A DNA stretch of 64,000 nt from Pseudomonas phage KPP25, in sequence record AB910393.1; one strand, given 5' to 3'. Below the pieces are notes generated by a model, which ran no database searches, was not told the origin of the DNA, and worked only from the letters and a program-made list of their open reading frames with translations. Shown in pieces: positions 38,774-48,680 of the stretch (within the stretch, counting starts at the first letter, position 1; each line of letters starts with the position of its first letter). The translations under genes and the position numbers were made by a program.

Positions 38774-41179
38774 ATGGACATCGCTTTCCTGTCCGCACCC
38801 GTGCCTCTGACGAAAACGTACAAGCAGCTTCGCGGACGCATCGAAAAATCGAACTACCCGAACACCTCGTCCTTCACCTCCCACACCGAAACACCGAAAC
38901 GCCTCGAAGATTTCTACGCCGCCATCGTCGAGCACGCCAAGCAAGGCCACTGCTTGCTCAAGGGGCAGCTCAATCGAAACCTCGTCGAGGAATCCCGCGC
39001 TGGCTCGACCGAGAGCAACCAAGCCACCGAGTGGGTCTGTCTGGATATCGACGGCCTGGAAGTCGAATCCCCACAAGCGTTCATGGACGCCATCGGTCTT
39101 GGCAGTGTCAGTTACATCGTCCAGTACAGCTCAAGCTATGGGGTACTTGATGACCTGCTGCGCTGCCACATCTTCTGCCTGCTGGACAAGCCGGTCGCTG
39201 CACCGCTGCTCAAGCAGTGGCTGATCGACGTGAACTTCAACACCGAGCTGCTGTGCAGCCAGATGTCCCTCACGCCGAGCGGCAACGGCCTGCACTGGCC
39301 CCTGGATATTACCACCTGCCAGAACGACAAGCTGCTGTACATCGCGCCGCCGAACCTGATCGGCGTGCCTGATCCCTTGCAGCCCGACGAGCGCTACCAG
39401 CTCGTCAAGAACAAGGGTACGCACTTCAAGCTGCCGAAGCAGATCGGCACCGTCAGTGCGAACCGGTCGCGGATTGACGACAAGGTAAACGAGCTGCGCC
39501 TGGAAGCTGGTATGCCCAAGCGCAAGGCGTCGAAGTACAACAGCATCGGCCCCGTCGAGTTCGTAGCGAACCCGGATCAATGCACCGTCACCGGGATTAA
39601 GGAAGACCGTGGTTTCGTCTACCTGAACCTGAACGGCGGCGACAGCTGGGGTTATTACCACCCGGTCGACAAGCCGGACTTCATCTACAACTTCAAGGGT
39701 GAGCCGACCTACAAGACCAAGGATCTGGTCCCGGACTATTGGCACGACCAGCAGCGCAAGGTCGAAGAGGCCGAAGAGTCCGGCGAGGTTGTCACGCATC
39801 TGGCATTCCGCGACTTCAACTCGGCGAAGTATTACAACGGCTGGTATGACCCGGACACACGGGAGCTGGTACTCAAGCAAGCAGCCAGCGAGAAGCAATT
39901 GGCTGACTACATGGCCAGTCAAGGCCGCGCGCTGAGTGATCGAATCCCTATCTGGTCCATGGAGTTCCTGCCGTCCGAGGATTGGACGCTGAACCGTGAC
40001 TATGATCCGCCGGTGATCAACACGTTCGTGCAGAGTCCTTACCTCCAGGCCAAGCGCCCAGCTAAAGCACCGAGTGTGCCGACGCTTATCGCGCGTATCA
40101 TCCACCACGCATTGGGCGGTGACGAAGAAGTAACGGACCGGTTCTACAACTGGCTCGCCGCAGTGATGCAGAAGCGTGTAGCTATCGGCACCAGCTGGGT
40201 GCTCAGCGGCACGCAAGGCACTGGCAAGGGGCTGATCTGCAACAAGATCCTCCGCCCGATCCTGGGCGATACCTATGTCCAGCAGAAGCGCATGGACGAG
40301 TTGGACGAGAAGTTCAACGACTTCATGGAACAGTGCATCTTCCTCTTCGTCGATGAAGTGCAGCTGTCCGAAATGCGTAACGGCCGGGCACTGATGCAGC
40401 GAATCAAGAACCAGATCACCGAAGAACGGATCAGCATCCGCGGCATGCACCGCGCTGGGCAGATGATGGTGAACCACGTCAACTGGGTCTTCTGCACGAA
40501 CATGCCTGACCCGATCTACCTGACCAGTGACGACCGTCGCTTCAACATCGCACCGTTCCAGCCCAACAAGCTGCTGATCACCTCCGAAGAGATCGAAGCG
40601 ATCGAAGACGAGCTGCAACAGTTCTGCGACTACCTGATGATGCGTGAAGTCGATTTCGACCTAGCGCGCGCGGTCATCATGACCGAGCAGCGTGAGCGCC
40701 TGATCAACACCAGCAGCACCAGCATCGAACTGGCTTGCGACGCTGTACGCCGCGGTGACCTCCAGTTCTTCCTCGACGAACTGCCGAGCGATAGCCAGTC
40801 CTTCGTGCTGCCTGACACCATGCTCAAGTTGTCCCAGTACAAGCGTGCGCTTCGTGAAGTCATCGAGCACGCTTCTACGGGCGGCAAAGGCGTAGGGCGG
40901 GATGTGCTCCACACGCTGCTGCGCTACGTGCTACCGGACTGCCCCACGTCCAGCCACAAGTTCACTTCGCTGATCAAGCACCACGGCCTGTACGTGCAGT
41001 CCATGCGTATCGGTACGCGCACCACGCGCGGCATCGAAGTGGACTGGGTGGTCCCGGAAGGTGCCCTCGACCAGATCGATGGCGTCGCCGATAAACCGGT
41101 CAACGACGAGATTTCTCCGAAGACCAAAGCCGAACTGAAAAAGCACCTGAAAGGTGTAGCCGGAGGCAAATCGAAATGA
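38774..41179 (+). CDS. Bifunctional primase-polymerase (AEP-type) fused to a D5-like SF3 helicase, 801 aa.
   Basis: AEP motifs are present: a DxD motif (CLDIDG) and RCHIFCLL. The helicase shows Walker A (GTQGTGKG) and Walker B (FLFVDEV). Confidence 0.7.
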   Translation: MDIAFLSAPVPLTKTYKQLRGRIEKSNYPNTSSFTSHTETPKRLEDFYAAIVEHAKQGHCLLKGQLNRNLVEESRAGSTESNQATEWVCLDIDGLEVESPQAFMDAIGLGSVSYIVQYSSSYGVLDDLLRCHIFCLLDKPVAAPLLKQWLIDVNFNTELLCSQMSLTPSGNGLHWPLDITTCQNDKLLYIAPPNLIGVPDPLQPDERYQLVKNKGTHFKLPKQIGTVSANRSRIDDKVNELRLEAGMPKRKASKYNSIGPVEFVANPDQCTVTGIKEDRGFVYLNLNGGDSWGYYHPVDKPDFIYNFKGEPTYKTKDLVPDYWHDQQRKVEEAEESGEVVTHLAFRDFNSAKYYNGWYDPDTRELVLKQAASEKQLADYMASQGRALSDRIPIWSMEFLPSEDWTLNRDYDPPVINTFVQSPYLQAKRPAKAPSVPTLIARIIHHALGGDEEVTDRFYNWLAAVMQKRVAIGTSWVLSGTQGTGKGLICNKILRPILGDTYVQQKRMDELDEKFNDFMEQCIFLFVDEVQLSEMRNGRALMQRIKNQITEERISIRGMHRAGQMMVNHVNWVFCTNMPDPIYLTSDDRRFNIAPFQPNKLLITSEEIEAIEDELQQFCDYLMMREVDFDLARAVIMTEQRERLINTSSTSIELACDAVRRGDLQFFLDELPSDSQSFVLPDTMLKLSQYKRALREVIEHASTGGKGVGRDVLHTLLRYVLPDCPTSSHKFTSLIKHHGLYVQSMRIGTRTTRGIEVDWVVPEGALDQIDGVADKPVNDEISPKTKAELKKHLKGVAGGKSK

Positions 41180-41403
41180 GCAACACCTATACCACGTACG
41201 TCATGCAGATGCCGACCGATCCGAAAATGCGCAGCAAATTCGTCGGTAAGCTGAACGACCTCGCCGACAAGTTCGGTGTTGAGTTCGTAGCCATGTCCTT
41301 GCACGACGAAATTTCCTGGGAAGAGTACCTGCGCAACGCAGTCGCGGAGGAATCGTCCATGGATCTCGAAACCCTCCGTACCAAATGGGAGAAAAATCAA
41401 TGA
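41176..41403 (+). CDS. Hypothetical protein, 75 aa.
   Basis: GGAGG RBS. Confidence 0.45.
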   Translation: MSNTYTTYVMQMPTDPKMRSKFVGKLNDLADKFGVEFVAMSLHDEISWEEYLRNAVAEESSMDLETLRTKWEKNQ

Positions 41404-41738
41404 CCCGTCGCACCGCCGCGAAACCCGCCGTCCCGACTTTCGACGTACCCGGCTACGACAAGCTGCGGGACGTACTGCACGCAGCCTATCAACAGGCTTC
41501 GGTCGGTAAAGGTCACGAACGCCACGGCAGCGAAGCAGCGTTCGAAGAACAATCCACGCAGATCATCAGCGGCCTGATGGGCACCTCTGACGGGATGTAC
41601 TTCCAGGCCATGAAGAAGCTCAACGAGAGCCGTGGCATGGAACACGAAGCGCGCAAGCGTGAACTGCTCGGCGCGATCGTGTACATCGCCGGGATCTACA
41701 TCTTCGAGGAAGCGCACAATGCCGCGGAACGTTCGTAA
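41400..41738 (+). CDS. Hypothetical protein, 112 aa.
   Basis: ATG overlapping the upstream stop. Confidence 0.45.
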   Translation: MTRRTAAKPAVPTFDVPGYDKLRDVLHAAYQQASVGKGHERHGSEAAFEEQSTQIISGLMGTSDGMYFQAMKKLNESRGMEHEARKRELLGAIVYIAGIYIFEEAHNAAERS

Positions 41739-41991
41739 TTTCTGGATCGAGCTGTCCGTAGACGGCAAGGCGACTAAAGTCGCTACTGGCCCTCAAGGCA
41801 AAGACGGCGGATTCGATCTGCTGGTCAAGCAACGTGACCAGGGCGGCATCATTGTCGCCCTGGCGGTGATAGGCCGCGCGAAGTACGTCGGTGACGAGAT
41901 CCACCTCACTCTGACTGCGGACGGTGAAGGTGTCAGTACCGCAGTCGAGGAAGGCAGTGTCGTCGTCCTCAAGTGCAAGACCATTCGATAG
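41719..41991 (+). CDS. Hypothetical protein, 90 aa.
   Basis: ORF. Confidence 0.4.
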   Translation: MPRNVRNFWIELSVDGKATKVATGPQGKDGGFDLLVKQRDQGGIIVALAVIGRAKYVGDEIHLTLTADGEGVSTAVEEGSVVVLKCKTIR

Positions 41992-42000
41992 GAGGCTGGC

Positions 42001-42762
42001 ATGGCCAAGCATATTCAACTCACCAACACCATGCGTGAGCACATCGCTTCGATGCTCATGTGCGAGGCAGCGAAACCGAAAGCGGCGGACCTGATCGCTC
42101 GCGTAACGGATCTCAACGACAAGTTCTGGCATACGCACGCGAAACGTTTAGCCGCGATGGGTATCACTTCCAGTACCTGGCCCGACCTGATCGTGAACGG
42201 CGTATGCACTTCTGTGTTAACCGCCATTCCGTGCTACTACGAAACGAAGTTAGGTCAGTACAGTAGTAGCCGCTCGGAAGATACTTCCCTCAAGACGTAC
42301 GGAGTGTATCCACATATCGCCTTGCGGACTTTCCAAGAACATGGCGTACTCATTCGTAGCCTGCTGAGTTCTGATGCTTTCGCACCGCTTAACAAGTTCA
42401 TCACTACGGAATACAAGTTGAACTACGACTTCAAGTTGAAGTTCGTAGCGTCTGCTACGGTGCCCCGCATCGTCAACATGTCCGTTAAAACCGTGGAGGT
42501 TGCGGGTATTCACCAATCCATGGGTGAGCTGTGCGCTGACATCAACGAAGTGATCCGTGCAGCACTCGACTTCCACAAACAAGCACTCGAACTTCTGCGT
42601 GCGTGCCGCACTTCCAAGCAGCTGGAAGAGCTATTCCCCGAAGCGATGCGGTTCTTGCCGGCCAAAACCCAGGAGAAGAGGCAGGATATCGCGCCTGTCG
42701 AGCTGGCGGCCAATGTCCGCAGCATGCTGAACAAAGGCGTCCCGCCGGTCATCACCAAGTAA
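42001..42762 (+). CDS. Hypothetical protein, 253 aa.
   Basis: GGAGG RBS. Confidence 0.55.
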   Translation: MAKHIQLTNTMREHIASMLMCEAAKPKAADLIARVTDLNDKFWHTHAKRLAAMGITSSTWPDLIVNGVCTSVLTAIPCYYETKLGQYSSSRSEDTSLKTYGVYPHIALRTFQEHGVLIRSLLSSDAFAPLNKFITTEYKLNYDFKLKFVASATVPRIVNMSVKTVEVAGIHQSMGELCADINEVIRAALDFHKQALELLRACRTSKQLEELFPEAMRFLPAKTQEKRQDIAPVELAANVRSMLNKGVPPVITK

Positions 42763-42770
42763 TCCCCCCG

Positions 42771-42798
42771 CCTTGCCACCGGGAAACCGGTGGCTTTT
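42771..42798 (+). terminator. Strong intrinsic terminator, followed by a GTTACG-containing promoter-like element.
   Basis: GCCACCGG-gaaa-CCGGTGGC followed by TTTTTT. Then TTGTTACGCTGTAATGTACAAT. Confidence 0.65.
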
Positions 42799-42849
42799 TT
42801 GTTACGCTGTAATGTACAATGCAGCAGACTAATCCCTGGAGCTACCCTC

Positions 42850-43578
42850 ATGCGCTGGTCGATCAGTAAGCTGCACGTCCGCGAAGGCTGTGCATACCGC
42901 TACAAACTGAAGTACATCGACAAAGTTCCCGAACCTGAACGCCCCCTCCCCCCTGGTAAGTCTGAGCACGCGAATGACCGCGGCTCTCGTGTCCACGAGC
43001 AGAACGAACTATTCGTTCGCGGTGAAGTGGACAAGCTGCCGGCAGAATCTGCTGACTTCCAAGCCTTGATCGAAGACCTGCAAGAACGTTTCCGCGCCGG
43101 CTTGGTCATGCTGGAGCATGACTGGTGCTTCGACGAAGATTGGGAACCCTGCTCGCCCGAAGAGCGGGCCGCCATCGCCATCGTCGACGTGGCTGTCTGG
43201 ATCGTCAAAGATCGTTGGCTCCTGATCATCGATTACAAGACCGGGCGCAAGTACGAAACCAAGCACATGGATCAGATGCAGCTCTATGCCCTGGCCGCCT
43301 TCAAGAAATGGCCGTTCCTCGAACGAGTCACTACCGAACTCTGGTATCTCGACATCGACGAGATATCGACCAGCCATTTCACCCGAAACCATATCCCGGC
43401 TATCCAACGTGCGTTCCACAACCGCGTCGGGAAGATGGAACGGGACACCGAATTCAAACCGGCCGCGAATATCTACAGCTGCCGGTACTGCCCGTATAAG
43501 GACGGGATTTGTCCGCACGCGGTAGACGAAAAAACGCCCGTGAAGGGCAACGAATGGGCCTCTGAGTGGAAGATATGA
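42850..43578 (+). CDS. Cas4/RecB-like PD-(D/E)xK exonuclease with a C-terminal Cys cluster.
   Basis: IIDYKTGRK...QMQLYALA nuclease motifs. A C-terminal CRYCPYKDGIC-PH motif suggests an Fe-S/zinc-binding cluster. Confidence 0.65.
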   Translation: MRWSISKLHVREGCAYRYKLKYIDKVPEPERPLPPGKSEHANDRGSRVHEQNELFVRGEVDKLPAESADFQALIEDLQERFRAGLVMLEHDWCFDEDWEPCSPEERAAIAIVDVAVWIVKDRWLLIIDYKTGRKYETKHMDQMQLYALAAFKKWPFLERVTTELWYLDIDEISTSHFTRNHIPAIQRAFHNRVGKMERDTEFKPAANIYSCRYCPYKDGICPHAVDEKTPVKGNEWASEWKI

Positions 43579-43877
43579 AGAACCTGTACGCTGAACTGAA
43601 GAAGCGTTTCGATATCGACGTAGCCCTGTCCGACACAGGGTTTCGTTTTGTCTACGGAGCCATCGACCAGTCGGACGGTGATTACCGCGTAGGCATGGCC
43701 TCTTTCAAGATGGGTCTGCGTCCGGACCCGGTGATGTACAACCGCTACCAGTACGACATGCTGAACCGCCTCAAAGGCTACCTCGGCGACCATCTACGCG
43801 CGGACCGTGCCCTGGCCGAGCTGTTCCATGCTACCCGCATGCGCGCGAAGCTGCGGTCCCAGCCCGCAGTTGCGTGA
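43575..43877 (+). CDS. Hypothetical protein, about 100 aa.
   Basis: ORF. Confidence 0.45.
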   Translation: MKNLYAELKKRFDIDVALSDTGFRFVYGAIDQSDGDYRVGMASFKMGLRPDPVMYNRYQYDMLNRLKGYLGDHLRADRALAELFHATRMRAKLRSQPAVA

Positions 43878-43887
43878 AGGAGGACTC

Positions 43888-45249
43888 ATGGCAAAGTTCA
43901 AACCGATCAAACTGATGCCGCACCAGAAGAAGACGCTGAAGAAGCGCGGCGAAACTTCGATCTTGCTGGATCTGTCTGAACCGGGCACCGGGAAGTCCGT
44001 GGCGCATGCAACGCATTTCGTCGAGCATCGGAAGGCTGGAGGTGGAGCTGGACTGATCGTAGCGCCGCTGTCGTTGATCGATACGGTATGGCCGCATGAA
44101 GTCGGTCTGGTCGATCCTGATGTCGATATCAGCGTGGCATTCGCCAGCAATCGCGCCAAGGCATTCCAACCGGGCCACGATCTGTACGTCACCAACTACA
44201 ACGGCCTGGAGTACCTGTCCGAAAACCCCAGCCTCATGCGGAAGTTGGGAATCGATTGGTTCCTCGGCGACGAGGCCACCGCCTTCAAGAACCCGCAGGC
44301 CAAGCGCACGAAGCGCTGCCATAAACTGGTTCGGAACGTCGAGTTCAAAGCGCTGCTGTCCGGTTCGCTCGGCGCGAAGATGATCACCGATTACTTCGCA
44401 CCGACGCTGATACTCGACGACGGTAAACGCCTGGGATGGCAGTTCAGCCGGTTCCGCGAAGCAACCTGCTACCCGGTGCAAGTTGGCCGGCAAGCGCACA
44501 TGATCCAATGGGAGCCGCGCGAAGGCGCAGACTTGGCCGTGGCTCAGCTCTTGCAGGACATCAGCATCCGTCACCTCTTCGCCACCACGGTGAAGCAGAG
44601 CATCCGCACGATCGAATTCAAGCTGCCGCCGAAGCTGCGCAAGTTGTACGAGCAGATGGCGCGGGAGCAAGCCATGTTCCTCAAGGACAAGGTGATCACC
44701 GCGGCGAACGGTGGGGCAGCCGCGCAGAAGTTGCTCCAGATCGCCAGCGGCTCGACCTACGACAACCAGAAGGCCAACACCCTGCTCGACATGCAGCGGT
44801 ACGAACTTGTCGCTGATCTGGCCGAGGAACGCGAAAAGACCCTGATCGCGTTCCAGTGGCACCACCAGCGTGAAGCGCTTGAGCTGCTGCTGAAAAAGCG
44901 AGGGCGGACCACCGCGTATATCGACGGCACCGTACCGGGCGAGAAGCGTAAAGCTATCGTCGAAGCGCACAAGCGCGGTGAGATCGATGACCTGCTTCTT
45001 CAACCGCAAGCGGCTGCACACGGCCTGACCCTGGTGAATGCCAGGACTACGATTTGGGCCACGCCGACCTACGACTATGAGCTGTTTGACCAGCTCAACC
45101 GGCGGACCTATCGGACTGGCCAGAGCCAGGATTGCGAAGTCATCGTGATATGCGCCGAGAACACACTCGACGCCAAAGCCTTCGAGGTCTGCACGACCAA
45201 AGGCAAGCGCATGATGACGATGTTCGAGTACATCCGCGACTTCACGTAA
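43888..45249 (+). CDS. SNF2/DEAD-like superfamily-2 helicase, 453 aa.
   Basis: Motif I (EPGTGKS), motif II (GDEATA), motif III (LSGS) and motif VI (QLNRRTYRTGQ). GAAGGAGG RBS. Confidence 0.65.
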   Translation: MAKFKPIKLMPHQKKTLKKRGETSILLDLSEPGTGKSVAHATHFVEHRKAGGGAGLIVAPLSLIDTVWPHEVGLVDPDVDISVAFASNRAKAFQPGHDLYVTNYNGLEYLSENPSLMRKLGIDWFLGDEATAFKNPQAKRTKRCHKLVRNVEFKALLSGSLGAKMITDYFAPTLILDDGKRLGWQFSRFREATCYPVQVGRQAHMIQWEPREGADLAVAQLLQDISIRHLFATTVKQSIRTIEFKLPPKLRKLYEQMAREQAMFLKDKVITAANGGAAAQKLLQIASGSTYDNQKANTLLDMQRYELVADLAEEREKTLIAFQWHHQREALELLLKKRGRTTAYIDGTVPGEKRKAIVEAHKRGEIDDLLLQPQAAAHGLTLVNARTTIWATPTYDYELFDQLNRRTYRTGQSQDCEVIVICAENTLDAKAFEVCTTKGKRMMTMFEYIRDFT

Positions 45250-45260
45250 GGATCGTTGCG

Positions 45261-47225
45261 ATGACGATTATGGTTCCGCGCATCCACGACGGGATGAAAC
45301 CCGTTACGCTGCGCCCGTTGAAGAAATTCAAACCGCTGGTGGTCGACTTCGAAACCTACTGGGGTCCGAAGTATTCCCTGCGCATGATGTCTACCAGCGA
45401 TTACGTTCGCGGTGACCAGTTCAAGATCCACTGCGTAGGTGCCAAGCTGGGCAACGCCAAGACGCGTATCTTCACCGACATGAAGAAGTTCGCTGCATGG
45501 CTGGCGAAGATCCAGGCTGAGTATGAGATCGAACTGATCGGCCACAACCTGTACTTCGACGGCTTGATCCTCAGCGAGTATTTCGGATTCGTGCCGGCGG
45601 CTTACCGCTGCACGATGTCGATGTCGAAAGGGCTGTTCCGCAACACCATCGCGCACGGCCTTGACACCGTAGCGAAGCTGTTCGGCCTGGCCGGTAAAGT
45701 AAAGGCCCAGGCCAACGTGAACACGTTCGGCAAACGGGATCTCACGCGGCACGAGTTGAGTGACCTCGGCGAATACTGCATCGACGACTGCGAAGACACC
45801 TACAGAATCTACCAGGCCATGCGTCCGTACATGCCGGACGATGAAATGGACATCATCCACGACACCGTACGGTGCTTCTGTGATCCGATCCTTCGCGTGA
45901 ACGGGCCGATGTTGGAAGAGGCCATCGCCGAAGTAGAAGCCAAGCGCGCGATCTTGTACGAACAAGCCATCGCGCTGGTCAATACCTTGGCCCCCGGCAT
46001 GGTCAACGCGAAGCGCCCGTTCGAGACGGTGCTGCGATCTGCTGTCGATTTCCCGCTGCTGCTTGAAGCACTCGGCGTCGAAGTGCCGATGAAGCAGAAC
46101 GACAAAGGCTTGTGGATACCAGCACTGGCCAAGAAAGACACAGGGTTCGTCGAGCTGTGCGAAGACCCTGATCCTCTGGTCCGTCTTCTGTGTGAAGCGC
46201 GACTTCAGTTCACGTCGAACCAGACCGTCACGCGTGCGCAGCGCCTGCTGGACGCTACCCAGGACGGAGCACTGCTGCCGGTGATGTACGGCTACTGCGG
46301 CGCATTGTCGATGCGCTGGACAGCCGGCAACAAGATGAATCTCCAAAACCTTCAGCGGGGGTCGGCGCTTCGCCGAGCCATCGAAGCGCCGAAGGGCTGG
46401 CACATCATGACCGGGGACTCGGCACAGATCGAAGCACGAATTCTGGCGTACATAGCTGGGCAGTGGGATCTGGTCGAAGCGTTCCGCGTCGGCGCGGACG
46501 TGTACTCCGAATTCGCCATGGAGATTTACCCGGATGTCGAGGTAAGCAAGGAAAACCCGGATACGGAAACCGAGCGTCACGTAGGTAAGACTTCCATCCT
46601 CGGCCTGGGTTACGGCATGGGGTTCAGGAAGTTCATCACCACGATGGCGACCAGCTTCATCCCCGTGCTGATGGAAGTCGAAGACGCCAAGCACGTCGTG
46701 AACACGTACCGCACGAAGTACCCGATGATCCCGGCGTTGTGGAAGTACCTCGACAGCATCCTGGCCGATATGGCTGCTGGTAACAGCGGGTTCATCGAGT
46801 TCCAGTGCGGGCTTCGCCTGGAATACGAACCTGACCGGATCTGGATGCCGAATGGCCTGTGCCTGCATTACCCCGAACTCCGTGAAGAGTACGACGAGGA
46901 CACTGGGCGGAAGAACGGCTACACCTACTCGATCGTCCGCGGGAAGAACGTCAGCCGGAAGAAAATCTACGGCGGGCTGCTGACTGAAAACATCGTCCAG
47001 TGCTTGGCGCGGATCGTAGTGGGTGACCAGATGCGGCTCATGGCGAAAGCCTACCGTGTGGTCATGACCACACACGACGAAGTGTCGATGCTGGTCCGGG
47101 CTACGAAGACAGCGCTGGCCAAGGCCACGAAGTTCATGGTGAAAACGATGTCCACTGCACCCTGGTGGGCACCTGACCTGCCGGTGGCGACTGAAGTGAA
47201 GGACGCCCCGTACTACTGCAAGTAG
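45261..47225 (+). CDS. DNA polymerase, family A, 654 aa, with an N-terminal exonuclease-like region.
   Basis: Motif A (DSAQIEAR), motif B (RHVGKTSILGLGYGMG), motif C (VMTTHDEV) and DFET in an exo-I-like position. Confidence 0.85.
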   Translation: MTIMVPRIHDGMKPVTLRPLKKFKPLVVDFETYWGPKYSLRMMSTSDYVRGDQFKIHCVGAKLGNAKTRIFTDMKKFAAWLAKIQAEYEIELIGHNLYFDGLILSEYFGFVPAAYRCTMSMSKGLFRNTIAHGLDTVAKLFGLAGKVKAQANVNTFGKRDLTRHELSDLGEYCIDDCEDTYRIYQAMRPYMPDDEMDIIHDTVRCFCDPILRVNGPMLEEAIAEVEAKRAILYEQAIALVNTLAPGMVNAKRPFETVLRSAVDFPLLLEALGVEVPMKQNDKGLWIPALAKKDTGFVELCEDPDPLVRLLCEARLQFTSNQTVTRAQRLLDATQDGALLPVMYGYCGALSMRWTAGNKMNLQNLQRGSALRRAIEAPKGWHIMTGDSAQIEARILAYIAGQWDLVEAFRVGADVYSEFAMEIYPDVEVSKENPDTETERHVGKTSILGLGYGMGFRKFITTMATSFIPVLMEVEDAKHVVNTYRTKYPMIPALWKYLDSILADMAAGNSGFIEFQCGLRLEYEPDRIWMPNGLCLHYPELREEYDEDTGRKNGYTYSIVRGKNVSRKKIYGGLLTENIVQCLARIVVGDQMRLMAKAYRVVMTTHDEVSMLVRATKTALAKATKFMVKTMSTAPWWAPDLPVATEVKDAPYYCK

Positions 47226-47234
47226 GAGATCGAA

Positions 47235-47456
47235 ATGAGCGTGACGTTGTACCAGAGCGAACTGATGCGGTGTGAGAATTTGCAGACGGGCAACGTCACG
47301 TACTACATGCAGGTGTGCAACGCGATGCGGAGGATTTCCAAAGCCGAGTACGACGAGCGCTACACCAAGGCTGACGGTCTGACCTGTCTGTACACCAAGA
47401 GAAGTAAACGTTACTGCCGGCATTACCTTACCCTGCTCTACGAGGTGGCGAAATGA
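47235..47456 (+). CDS. Hypothetical protein, 73 aa.
   Basis: AGGAG RBS. Confidence 0.5.
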   Translation: MSVTLYQSELMRCENLQTGNVTYYMQVCNAMRRISKAEYDERYTKADGLTCLYTKRSKRYCRHYLTLLYEVAK

Positions 47457-47818
47457 AGCTCGACAAGATTGCGGCATTGCCTTTCCCTACTTTACAAGGT
47501 GGCGAAATGAAGTTCGACAAGATTGAGTACAGCGTATGCAACGATTGCTTGCTCTTCGTGGCGGACGGTGAACCGCCGGAGAACGGTGCCGACATAGAAG
47601 CCGCGATGCGACGAGAGATCGGCGAAGCGAAGAATGCGTACTTCGTGTGCGGCGTCGAGCCAACCGAAGATGACCCCGATGGGATCGGTGAAAACGAATT
47701 CAGCTGGCAATGGTGCGAACTTTGCCTGAGCACGCTCGGTGGTAGTCGCTACGGCGTGACGTTGATGATACCCCTGGAAGAAGGAACCGAGGATGGCAGC
47801 GCCGAAGAGCCGGACTAA
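47453..47818 (+). CDS. Cys-rich hypothetical protein, 121 aa. It has an alternative in-frame start at 47507.
   Basis: A duplicated block AGGTGGCGAAATGAAG(C/T)TCGACAAGATTG occurs at 47443 and again at 47497. Confidence 0.45.
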   Translation: MKLDKIAALPFPTLQGGEMKFDKIEYSVCNDCLLFVADGEPPENGADIEAAMRREIGEAKNAYFVCGVEPTEDDPDGIGENEFSWQWCELCLSTLGGSRYGVTLMIPLEEGTEDGSAEEPD

Positions 47819-48185
47819 CCCCAACTGGCTAGCACTGCAAGATCCGAACGACCCTTCCCTCAACAAGAATTACCGGAGATCGGTACGCTACTACAGGCAG
47901 CTGTTCCTGGCATGGCCGAAGTGGTGTGCCGATCATCCGGGGTTCAAGAAAATCTACGACGAAGCCGCGCGCCGTCGTAGTGCTGGCGAGGACGTGCATG
48001 TGGATCACATCGTGCCGATCTGTTCCAAGCTGGTTTGTGGTCTGCATGTTCCGTGGAACCTACAGATCATAGGCGCAGGCCCGAACCTCAAGAAGTCCAA
48101 CTTGTGGTGGCCGGACCATCCGTTCGAGAACCAGTGTCTCTTCGGCGGGTCCGATGAACCTGAGCAGTACGAACTTCGTCTGTAA
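47793..48185 (+). CDS. HNH endonuclease, 130 aa.
   Basis: HVDHIVP ... LHVPWN ... N motif pattern. GAGG RBS. Confidence 0.55.
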   Translation: MAAPKSRTNPNWLALQDPNDPSLNKNYRRSVRYYRQLFLAWPKWCADHPGFKKIYDEAARRRSAGEDVHVDHIVPICSKLVCGLHVPWNLQIIGAGPNLKKSNLWWPDHPFENQCLFGGSDEPEQYELRL

Positions 48186-48207
48186 TTGTTACTTTGGGAG
48201 TTGCAAC

Positions 48208-48612
48208 ATGGCAACGAAAAAACCTACAATCTCTTTCGACCGCGATGCCGCGATCAAGGAGTTCCACAAGCTCTCCAAGCAGATCACTGACCTGAACGCG
48301 AAAGTCAAGGAACTGACCTCGCTCAAGGCCAGCTTGGAAGAAGAGCTGATCGAACACCTGAACATGGAACAACTCGGCACCGTGACGTTGAAGAACGGAA
48401 TGGGAGTCAAGCTGCAAGACTCCGTGGTGCCGCAAGCCGAGGACTGGGACGTGTTCTACAAATGGATGTCCCGGACCAAGAACTTCCAGATGCTCGAACG
48501 CCGCTTGACGGTGACGGCATACCGGGAGTTCCGGGAGAAGGGCAAAGAAGTCCCTGGCCTGCGCGATTTCACCAAGACCAAGGTCGGTCTGATCAACCCG
48601 CCGAAGAAGTAA
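48208..48612 (+). CDS. Hypothetical coiled-coil protein, 134 aa.
   Basis: GGGAG RBS. Confidence 0.5.
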   Translation: MATKKPTISFDRDAAIKEFHKLSKQITDLNAKVKELTSLKASLEEELIEHLNMEQLGTVTLKNGMGVKLQDSVVPQAEDWDVFYKWMSRTKNFQMLERRLTVTAYREFREKGKEVPGLRDFTKTKVGLINPPKK

Positions 48613-48680
48613 TTCGGCGGGGCTTTTCGAAGCTCACAACGTAAGCAAAGCCCACAACGTAACCGAGAGGAAACAGCCTG

